The position numbers and the translations under genes were made by a program. From NCBI GenBank assembly GCA_937625935.1, contig OW569363.1, forward strand, positions 434,001-498,000: 64,000 bases of DNA. Reading direction: 5' to 3'. Below, in pieces: positions 34,339-42,533 of this stretch. Source of the DNA: Tetramitus jugosus (taxonomy: Eukaryota; Protista; Heterolobosea). The stretch's first letter is position 1. Every line of letters starts with the position of its first letter. Below the pieces are notes generated by a model. That model was not told the origin of the DNA. It ran no database searches and saw only the letters and a list, made by a program, of their open reading frames with translations.

Positions 34339-35996
34339 TTATGATATGATACAGCACCTCTTTTTCTCCGATTGAGACTTACCAATAGGGTCACACTCAA
34401 CTTGCACTCCATCATTGCTCAGATAGTTGTCTTGTTCACTTGACGAATGATTGATTTCTGCATCGTATGGAATTTGATTCTGTTCGAGCAATCCCTCCAG
34501 ATACTCCACTCTCAAGCGCAATCGCTTGTTCTCAGCCATCAAATCAGCAATCTTAGCCAACTTGGGATCTCTAGCAAGTTTAACTCTGTTCTTGATTTGC
34601 TTTGCTCTATCTGCAAACTTGAGAGTAGACAAAGACTCCTCAAGGTTGATTGATGCAGGGCTAAGGGCACAGATCATGAGTGTAATGGAGTTTCCTCCCA
34701 AAGAATCTTGTAGTAAACGGGTCAGTTTGCTATCTCGGTATGGGACATAAGGCTTATTCATCGCGAGAGCATTAATCACATTTCCCAGACTGGATAAGCT
34801 CTGATTAATCTTTGCTCCCTCCATTAACCGCTTTCCCTCAGCTCCCGTTGATCCGGCTCTCTCACTTCCAGCGAGATCGACCATGTGGAGTTTTGATTGT
34901 CTCAAAGAGAAACCATTGGTGTCTCCTGTTTCCTGTTGTTCTATAAAGAACGTGAGGACAGAGTGAGAGCGACTGGATACTGCATTCATCTTGGTTTCTC
35001 CTTTGGTTCTGAATTCTGTTCCGTGCTCAATCACTGACAAAACATCCTCATACCGACTCACAGGAATCTGTATCAGATTGCTAACATGTATTCCCTTAAC
35101 GGGATCCTCTCTAATCTTTAATTCTGCATCTTGAGTGCTCAATCCTTTGTACTTGGCCATTAAATCAACCAAGTTGTCATTGTAAATCTCCAAATATGAC
35201 ACTGATATCTGTACGATAGAGATTACTTGTTAGATACCTCGCATAGAATTAGTTATTTGTGCTTTTTCGACTTACATTACTCTCAATTTGGTTCGACCTT
35301 GAGTTAAAGTAATCGAACAAATCAACTCCAATCTTCTTCATCACCCCAGGGTGTTGTTCATCTCCCTCCATTGTAAAAGTTTTGCCACTACCTGTTTGTC
35401 CATAGGCAAACACACATCCGTTATACCCTGACACACATCTATTCAACAACTTACGTCCTGTTGCTTCATATACTTCATCTTGTGTTGAGCCCTGTCCGAA
35501 CACTCGATCAAAGGAAAAGGTCTTATCCTCGGACGTGGAAGATGCCAGTTTCTCCTTTCGAGAAATCTTTATTGACTTGTCTCCAATCATCTCCACACAA
35601 GTACCACTGTTGACACTTGTTTCTCTCTGATTGGGTGGTCTCACCCTCACGACGACCATGACCTACAATAGAGACATGTTCAATAAGATAAGAACACATG
35701 AAAGATGCATCAAAGGGTTACCATGTAAACATTACACTTACACTCTCATCATTTGAACCAGAATCATTATGTACAGTAGAACTTTTACTCTCTGTTACTT
35801 CTTCAATAGCTATAGATGTAGTGTTCTTTCCTAAATTTTTCGAGTTGTTCGTTGTTACTGCTGTTCCCTTTGAGTGAGTGGGTTTTGGTGAAACTGCTCT
35901 ATCGGTACCATCGGCGCTTTCGACCTTTGGACTCACCTTGACCACATTGGACTTTGTTTTATGAACATTGTTCATATTGTTCCCGTTAGACTTCAT
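34339..35996 (-). CDS. Short kinesin motor protein with a C-terminal CaaX box (3 exons)
   Basis: VRVRP, GQTGSGKT, SSRSHS, DLAGSE, VPYRDSKLTRLLQDSLGG. Introns 35663-35741 and 35209-35275. Ends KKRCCIIS. Confidence 0.93.
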
Positions 35997-36272
35997 GTTG
36001 TTTGTTTGCTATAGCAACTTCCGAAGGTGGATGACCAACAAGCAATGACCCGACATCTAGAAAAGAGCCGATCAATGTTCCTTGCGAACACAACCATCAG
36101 TTTGGGACACTACAATCAAATTTAGATGAAGAGCTCCGGACTGTAGTCAAGAATGATGATGCGTTACCGCTACAGTACTGTTCGTTCGAATAGGAGAAAT
36201 GACCACTGCGAAGGAAGGCAAACACGCGGAAGGAGATTAGCGCTCGTATCTCCCAAAAATCAACATCTTTTA

Positions 36273-36794
36273 TTAGAGTTCACCACACTCTGAGATAACG
36301 ACAGGTATCTTTGGTTTGGAGTCTGCTCCTACAGGAACATTCTCAATCTTTCTTACAGTGATCATACCGTCAATCACTCTTCCAAACACAACGTGCTTGT
36401 CATCTAACCAAGTAGTCTTTGTTGTCGTAATAAAGAATTGACATCCGTTGCTATTGGGTCCTGAATTCGCCATGGAAAGCAAACCAGGCACCGTGTGCTT
36501 CAAATCAAAATTTTCATCGTCAAAACGATCGCCGTAAATGCTCATGGCGCCAGTTCCATCTCCGTTCACAAAATCTCCGCCTTGGATCATAAAATCCTTG
36601 ATGACACGATGGAATGTGCAACCCTTGTAGCCTTGTGGTAAGCCTTGTTGCCTGAATTCACCTGTGCACAATTGACGGAAATTCTCTGCTGTTTTTGGGA
36701 CTCTATCAGCAAAAAGCTCCATTTTGATGCGTCCTGCACTCTGACCACCAATGGTGATATCAAAGAAGACGATCGGATTGTCGATGGATGTCAT
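36273..36794 (-). CDS. PPIH: Cyclophilin H (U4/U6-associated PPIase)
   Basis: [51 protein letters not shown]. True ATG at 36794; the track's upstream extension runs through the tRNA. Confidence 0.9.
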   Translation of the reverse strand: MTSIDNPIVFFDITIGGQSAGRIKMELFADRVPKTAENFRQLCTGEFRQQGLPQGYKGCTFHRVIKDFMIQGGDFVNGDGTGAMSIYGDRFDDENFDLKHTVPGLLSMANSGPNSNGCQFFITTTKTTWLDDKHVVFGRVIDGMITVRKIENVPVGADSKPKIPVVISECGEL

Positions 36795-36848
36795 TGTTGA
36801 TCGGTTTTCGTTTTGTTTTCTGTGCAAAGAATGCAGAGCAAGAAGATC

Positions 36849-36852
36849 AAAA
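36849..36852 (-). terminator. Probable Pol III T4 terminator of the tRNA-Val gene
   Basis: AAAA on the plus strand (TTTT on the minus strand) just 3' of the tRNA. Confidence 0.55.
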
Positions 36853-36857
36853 TGATT

Positions 36858-36931
36858 TACGATTGACCGGGATCGAACCGGCGACCTTGAGCGTGTTAAG
36901 CTCACGATCTAACCAACTGATCTACAACCGC
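36858..36931 (-). tRNA. tRNA-Val(AAC)
   Basis: The reverse complement folds as a full cloverleaf: GCGGTTG TA GATC AGTTGGTTA GATC G TGAGC TT-AAC-AC GCTCA AGGTC GCCGG TTCGATC CCGGT CAATCGT A. A and B boxes are intact; TTTT follows 5 nt downstream. Confidence 0.96.
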
Positions 36932-36971
36932 TGATGTTATTTACATAGAATTCGGTATTCTGCGCAGCGAG

Positions 36972-36981
36972 AGCCGGAGAC
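36972..36981 (+). repeat. Left target-site duplication AGCCGGAGAC
   Basis: Identical to 42370-42379. The first A is ambiguous with the poly(A) tail, so the TSD is 9 or 10 bp. Confidence 0.9.
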
Positions 36982-36985
36982 AAAG

Positions 36986-37017
<32 letters not shown>

Positions 37018-37018
37018 C

Positions 37019-38410
37019 ATGAAAAAAAACGCAAACATTCCGTCCTCATCCTCGAGCGAGGTGAGGGAGTATGCACGTAATGGATACTCGGTGTGGACCA
37101 CTTTGAAAAGCGGTTCCATCAATAAGAAGGAAGCTGTGATTAAAGGTCGTGAGTGTAATAGAACAGGCCCTGCTATCGCAAGAACAATTGGAATGACATA
37201 CAGTAATTGGATCACGAGGGTTCAAGTCATAAAATGGGACAAGGGTCATTTTATCGCATGGGTGAATGTCAAGGAGGACAAAGTATACGAGTTTGTTGAG
37301 GACTTCAATTCAACAAAGAAGATTTCACACACTGTTGCGGCAATCAAGAGAGATACTGATACTGAGAAGAAGCTGGTTGTACACAAGGTAGAGGGAATGA
37401 CGAAGGACGATATTGCAAGCATGATCGGCCGTGAGAAGGTACGCCATGTGGATGTAAAAGGCAAAACAGCGTTTGTGACGATGACTTCTCAGACATATGC
37501 ACAAGCAGTAATGAATGATCGGACTATGACGGCTGAAATCTCTCAGTACGTAAACAGAGAACAAGACCCAGTCAAGCTGATGTCTAAGAGGTTCCAAAGA
37601 GTGAAAGAAATGATGACAAAGCAGATCGAAAGTCTACAGAAAAGAGTTAAGCAATTGGAAGACCTTGTCACAAATACAAAAAGACCAAGAAAGAAAGTCA
37701 ATGTTCCAAAAACCACAAATATCAGGATTGTACAGAGTGGCAAGGCCCAAGTTAATCCAACAATAGAAGATCAAGTTATTGATAAGGCAGTTTCGCCATT
37801 GGACGTAGAAGATAGGCAATTAAGTGACAACCAGGGACAGGAAGAGTCAACTACAGAAGAAGATGTCACAATGACCGAAGTGGTGGGAACAATGGTCAAC
37901 ATCATAGCAAGAGACAACAACAGTCCAACACAAACTCTACAACAACCGGTACATAATAACCAGGGAAACTATGTGGATCCGAGCGTAGAAATTATGGAGG
38001 ACTCTAGTGATAACTGGGAATCTGCTCTGAGCCAAGAGTACACTACACCCCAAGAACCAGTAAGAACGTTCAGAGAAATGGAAACAGCACTGTTCAGTAA
38101 CGTTGAAAGAACTTCGGAATCTGAACTACAGAAGGAGGAGAGAAGGCAAGAGAGAAGAAGGAGAAGGCTTCTGCGTGAAAGACAAGCAAGCATTTGCCAA
38201 TTTTTAACTTCTGAGCTGGGATCTACGGAAACTGGAGAGAACACTCCCATCAAAGAGAGTGGTAAAAGAGGAACACTTAATCAGTTGAATGGAAACAACA
38301 AAAAGAGACCAATGCTTGAGACACCGCCTAGAAATGTTGGTGCGGAAGAGATCAACCAACGCCAGGTTGAAGAACCCACAGAGACAGTACAAACCCAACA
38401 CTCATGTTGA
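37019..38410 (+). CDS. Retrotransposon ORF1 (RRM-like domain(s), coiled coil, disordered acidic tail)
   Basis: KLVVHKV (RNP2-like) and KGKTAFVTM (RNP1-like); heptads FQRVKEMMTKQIESLQKRVKQLEDL; lies directly upstream of ORF2. Confidence 0.8.
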   Translation: MKKNANIPSSSSSEVREYARNGYSVWTTLKSGSINKKEAVIKGRECNRTGPAIARTIGMTYSNWITRVQVIKWDKGHFIAWVNVKEDKVYEFVEDFNSTKKISHTVAAIKRDTDTEKKLVVHKVEGMTKDDIASMIGREKVRHVDVKGKTAFVTMTSQTYAQAVMNDRTMTAEISQYVNREQDPVKLMSKRFQRVKEMMTKQIESLQKRVKQLEDLVTNTKRPRKKVNVPKTTNIRIVQSGKAQVNPTIEDQVIDKAVSPLDVEDRQLSDNQGQEESTTEEDVTMTEVVGTMVNIIARDNNSPTQTLQQPVHNNQGNYVDPSVEIMEDSSDNWESALSQEYTTPQEPVRTFREMETALFSNVERTSESELQKEERRQERRRRRLLRERQASICQFLTSELGSTETGENTPIKESGKRGTLNQLNGNNKKRPMLETPPRNVGAEEINQRQVEEPTETVQTQHSC

Positions 38411-41400
38411 GAGTCATATGGTACAATATTAACGGCATCAAAGGGAAAGCCAATGATGTAGTAAGTTTGATGGAGAACGAAGAGATAGACGTTCTCATGT
38501 TACAAGAGGCCAGTGGAATCAACGACGAGTGGTTCCAAAGGTTAAGTCGTAAATTGAGTAGGATCAATTGTGTCCTAATTTGTGATGTACCAAATTCTCA
38601 TCTCGCTACAATTGTGAGAACTAAACAGGTGCAAACATATGGTGTACTCCTAAGTAAGGAAAGACTACAAGTAATTAAGGTAGTCACAGAAAACACAACA
38701 GTCACGTTGGCAAACCACTATGGGCCCCATAGGAAAGATCTGACACACTACAAGTGGCTGGAAGAAACAATAAGTATGTATTCACTGACTGGCAAGTTCG
38801 CTTTGGGTGGAGATCATAACGCGGTAACCAAAGAAACGGACAGAACAGCAAGGAGATTAGACAGTAATTCGCAACTGCTCGTCGAAGCACTCACGAACAA
38901 CAATATGTTGGATGCTAATGATGCTCTGGGTGTTGAAAGATTCCATACCTTCTACAGGAAAGGATCCTCATCGCGCATCGACTCTGTATGGTGCAACAGA
39001 GCAGCCATGTCAGTCGTAGATCAAGTCATGATGTTCACGAAGAATGGAGTGAACAGCGATCATGTCCCAACAATGCTGTTGATATCACAAGTCAATTATG
39101 CGACAGAGAGGAGTTGCAGGGAAGCATATCGGTTCCCTAGTAGCCAAAAGGATGTGAGGTGGGTGAAATATGGCCAAAGAATCATAGAAGAACTGGAGGC
39201 ACTCAGTGTCCAAAACGAACGGGACACCGATAAACAGTGCGAGTTAATTACGGACACACTCCTTAAGCATGCCCAAGAATTTCGCATAGACTACAAAGAA
39301 AGAACATGGACACACAACAGAAGTGTGAGAAGAATGTTGAAGCAAAGGGAAGCATTGCTGGAGTTTTTAAATAGACGCGCGTGGAACTCACAGCTGGAAA
39401 AAATATGCAGTAACTCTGACAAGTATCTCCCAAGGTACGATAGGGTATTGGAAACACTAAAACATGTGGGAAAAGTACTCCAAAGGGCAAGGACCAAAAA
39501 GACAACGCAAAAATTCAGGAAATGGGAATGGGAGTCCAGAACAGCTGAATTCAAGGATCCCTCAAAGTTCTTTTCGGCAGCTTCAGCTAAGAAGAGTTGT
39601 CGAGTGCGTCTAAATAGAGTGTCAAAGGATGGACTACTGCATAGTGATCCTCATATGGTAGGAGAAGTGGCAGCAGACTACTTCGAAGGAGCTTTCAGAA
39701 AGGAGGAGGCTAACATGAGCTTCTTGGCTATGCTGGAGAAGAACACTGACAAACACAAAATACGTGAGTGTATTAAGCCTTTTAATACGGAGGAAGTTGC
39801 GAACGCTATCAAATGGCTGAGGAACAGGAAGTGCCCTGGTGCTGACAGAGTCCAAAATGAGATGATCAAACTCCCAAGGACGAAGAAGAGAGACTTTAGG
39901 TGGGAGTTTGCAGATATCCTTTGCACTTTCTTCAACAATATTACGAGAACAGGGAAATTTCCGAAGTCGTGGAAGGAGTGTATTATAATACCTGCCTATA
40001 AGAAGGGAGACGTCTCGAACCCGGAGAATTATAGACCCATTTGCTTACTCAGCTCAATTTCCAAACTTTACACCAAGTTGCTGAACATGAGAGTGGCGAA
40101 AGCAGCGGAAGAAGGTGGTATCTTCTCCAATGTCCAAGGAGGAGGCAGGAGATATCGTGACATTAGAGAGAAACTCTCTCTGATCAGAGGAATTATAGAT
40201 CATTCTAACCGTCATGATCGACAGCTCTATCTGTTGCTGACTGATATTTCTAAAGCCTTTGATTCGGTCCCACACAACGCAATTGAATCGGTGTACAAGT
40301 TCTTCGGATTTCCAATCGAGATTGTAAAGTTGGTAAGTAGTATGGTACGAGACAATTACGCACGTGTCATGACTTCGTCGTTGTCACGGAGGTTTCACAT
40401 GGGAAAGGGTACAAGGCAGGGTGACTCCCTGTCTCCAACCACTTACATTCTTGTGCACCAAGTTGTGCTCCTGTATGTAAACCAGAGAATGAATGGGATC
40501 AAGGTCATGTCCCAGAGGCTGTGGAATGCAGCGTATGTGGATGATTGTAACCTTTTTGCGGAATCCAGGGGAGACATGGAAAAAGCTGCAGAAGCAATGT
40601 CCACGGTGTTAGGATGGCTACGAATGACCATGCACCCGGACAAACTCGAATTGTATGTAAGAAAATTGGACGATGAGTCGACGCACGACATAACGGTAGG
40701 GAAGAAGTTAGTTCGTGCTAAGAACAACAAACAGGGCTTCCGAGCACTGGGTCTATACACCAACCTCAGAGGTAGTACCAACACACAAAGAGAGCAGGCT
40801 TGGCAGAAAGCACAAAGAGTGGTAGTCAGATTGAAGCTGATGAGACTCACGGCAAGACAGGTAAGTAGGGTGGTCAACACATGCATCCACCCAGTCTTTA
40901 CATACGCCTCGGAGTTCACTGACTGGCCTCAAGGGTGGCTTAACAAGGTCAACTTGCTGGGTAGGTCATTGGTGAAGTATGGCTCCAAAGCGATGAAGAT
41001 TTTCCCAAGTGAACTCCTCTCGGTCGAAAGTGAAATGGGATTGGTCGGATTGAAGGATATAGAAGAAACGATAACCACACAAACCGCATGGTTTGTGTGC
41101 GCTATGATTAATGGTAAAAGAGACACGGAAGCCAGAAAGCTGTTCCTTGACACGCTTGAGGACATCAAGCACAATCAAACATTCCAATATGAGAATGTAT
41201 ATCAGTCAAGGAACAGGCTAGAGGCAGTCAAAGGATCATATCACAAGTGGTGCGCCAGCAGATTGCACAAACACCATATCAGGGTTGTAGTCAATACCCA
41301 ACAGCAACAGTGTGATGAGTGCTGTTTAGCTAGGTATGTACCCTCCAGCCTGCTCAAAACGCTGTTTAAGGCGGGCATCACGAGTCGCGAACAATTGATG

Positions 41401-42228
41401 GTTGACGATCAACCTCTTTGTCTGAAAGAATTCAAAAGTGTATTTCCGAAATGCAGAATGGGACCAAGATCACATGAACTGCTATTGATAATGATTTCGG
41501 CCATGAGGAACTGTCAATGTTCCTCCAATATCAAGACTGTAGATGAAACCGAACCAGTGCTCTACAAAGGAAAGGTGCAGGTAGAGAGCAGAAAGCATCT
41601 TCAATCGTTGCTCGATCAAGAGAGGATAATGAGAGTGGAGGCATGCGAACTATGGTGGTTACAGAAGCAGGCAAATAACAGTGGAGCCGACTTTGGTTTC
41701 CTGAAGTACCCTCATGTTGTCGATCGAAAGCTGGAATGGTTCCAAGCCCAGGTCCGTAGTGGCACATTACACACAGAAGAAGTGGTACATTACCTTTACA
41801 ACACCACTGGGAAGCCCAAAAAGTGTGTGTGGTGTCAAATTGAGAATGAAAGTGTTCTTCACTGTCTTATTCGATGTCCCAGAGCGGTTAAATGTCGAAG
41901 ATTACTTGCGATGACAGTAGGAGACGAGTTAAGGGAGTTAGGGGTGGCTCGACAAAGTCACATCGACATATGGTTTGACAACTTGCGGTTGATGGAAGGA
42001 AAATTGTCGCGAAGACCGATAAGAAAAACCAGCAAAGAATACCTGCAAGGAATGATGGGTATCGAAGTAGATGCCAACGAACAGATAAAAGATGGCTTGG
42101 TACTTAACGGAATGAAGAAGTCAATGGCTGCCAAGAAAGCAAATACATTTGTGAACAGTGTGAAGCGGAGGTGTCTTACGACCCTCCATCAACTGTTCAC
42201 GTCAACCAAGGAGAAACAGAAGCAATGA
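38404..42228 (+). CDS. Retrotransposon ORF2: AP endonuclease, reverse transcriptase and C-terminal CCHC zinc finger
   Basis: APE: WYNINGI, LMLQE, GGDHN, SRIDSVW, SDH. RT: KCPGAD, NYRPICLL, DISKAFDSV, GTRQGDSLSP, YVDD. Zinc finger: CVWC..ESVLHCLIRCP. Confidence 0.96.
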   Translation: MLRVIWYNINGIKGKANDVVSLMENEEIDVLMLQEASGINDEWFQRLSRKLSRINCVLICDVPNSHLATIVRTKQVQTYGVLLSKERLQVIKVVTENTTVTLANHYGPHRKDLTHYKWLEETISMYSLTGKFALGGDHNAVTKETDRTARRLDSNSQLLVEALTNNNMLDANDALGVERFHTFYRKGSSSRIDSVWCNRAAMSVVDQVMMFTKNGVNSDHVPTMLLISQVNYATERSCREAYRFPSSQKDVRWVKYGQRIIEELEALSVQNERDTDKQCELITDTLLKHAQEFRIDYKERTWTHNRSVRRMLKQREALLEFLNRRAWNSQLEKICSNSDKYLPRYDRVLETLKHVGKVLQRARTKKTTQKFRKWEWESRTAEFKDPSKFFSAASAKKSCRVRLNRVSKDGLLHSDPHMVGEVAADYFEGAFRKEEANMSFLAMLEKNTDKHKIRECIKPFNTEEVANAIKWLRNRKCPGADRVQNEMIKLPRTKKRDFRWEFADILCTFFNNITRTGKFPKSWKECIIIPAYKKGDVSNPENYRPICLLSSISKLYTKLLNMRVAKAAEEGGIFSNVQGGGRRYRDIREKLSLIRGIIDHSNRHDRQLYLLLTDISKAFDSVPHNAIESVYKFFGFPIEIVKLVSSMVRDNYARVMTSSLSRRFHMGKGTRQGDSLSPTTYILVHQVVLLYVNQRMNGIKVMSQRLWNAAYVDDCNLFAESRGDMEKAAEAMSTVLGWLRMTMHPDKLELYVRKLDDESTHDITVGKKLVRAKNNKQGFRALGLYTNLRGSTNTQREQAWQKAQRVVVRLKLMRLTARQVSRVVNTCIHPVFTYASEFTDWPQGWLNKVNLLGRSLVKYGSKAMKIFPSELLSVESEMGLVGLKDIEETITTQTAWFVCAMINGKRDTEARKLFLDTLEDIKHNQTFQYENVYQSRNRLEAVKGSYHKWCASRLHKHHIRVVVNTQQQQCDECCLARYVPSSLLKTLFKAGITSREQLMVDDQPLCLKEFKSVFPKCRMGPRSHELLLIMISAMRNCQCSSNIKTVDETEPVLYKGKVQVESRKHLQSLLDQERIMRVEACELWWLQKQANNSGADFGFLKYPHVVDRKLEWFQAQVRSGTLHTEEVVHYLYNTTGKPKKCVWCQIENESVLHCLIRCPRAVKCRRLLAMTVGDELRELGVARQSHIDIWFDNLRLMEGKLSRRPIRKTSKEYLQGMMGIEVDANEQIKDGLVLNGMKKSMAAKKANTFVNSVKRRCLTTLHQLFTSTKEKQKQ

Positions 42229-42295
42229 CGCTCTACGAGCATCATTGGGAAATAATGTACAGATAACCAGGGCCAACGCTCTACGAGCGTTGGCT
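42223..42295 (+). repeat. Twin 25-nt hairpins sharing ACGCTCTACGAGC in the retrotransposon 3' UTR
   Basis: CAATGACGCTC-TAC-GAGCATCATTG (42223-42247) and GGCCAACGCTC-TAC-GAGCGTTGGCT (42271-42295). Confidence 0.85.
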
Positions 42296-42337
42296 AATGC
42301 AAACGAAAGACAATAAAAAGCGCAACTGCAATAGTTG

Positions 42338-42369
<32 letters not shown>

Positions 42370-42371
<2 letters not shown>

Positions 42372-42379
42372 CCGGAGAC
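42370..42379 (+). repeat. Right target-site duplication AGCCGGAGAC
   Basis: Directly follows the poly(A) tail and matches 36972-36981. Confidence 0.9.
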
Positions 42380-42533
42380 TAAGGCAGTCACGTTGCCGTT
42401 GGTTGGGCCAATTTGCAGACGATCACTGTGAAAAACAACCAGTTTTCGTGATCCTTCTCAGACCTCGTCGAAACGCCGCGAATTTTGTTCCACGTCAAAG
42501 CGAAAACAAAAAACAAAAACCTCCCTTTGCAAA

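Larger units (their letters stand above)
36982..42370 (+). mobile_element. Intact non-LTR retrotransposon (APE-type, L1/Tx1-like architecture) inserted 50 bp upstream of tRNA-Val
   Basis: Flanked by TSD (A)GCCGGAGAC. 5' A3-G-A31, two uninterrupted ORFs, AATAAA at 42312 and a 3' A29 tail (42342-42370). Confidence 0.95.

Noticed and set aside
35997-36272. Possible ncRNA between the kinesin and PPIH (short stems, ATGATGA)
   Set aside because: Stems of only 6-8 bp, no paired D box and no recognisable snRNA or SRP motif; consistent with ordinary promoter or UTR.
36937-37215. Minus-strand ORF with poly-Phe, and other short antisense ORFs across the window
   Set aside because: A by-product of the poly(A) tract or shadows of real genes; no protein motifs.
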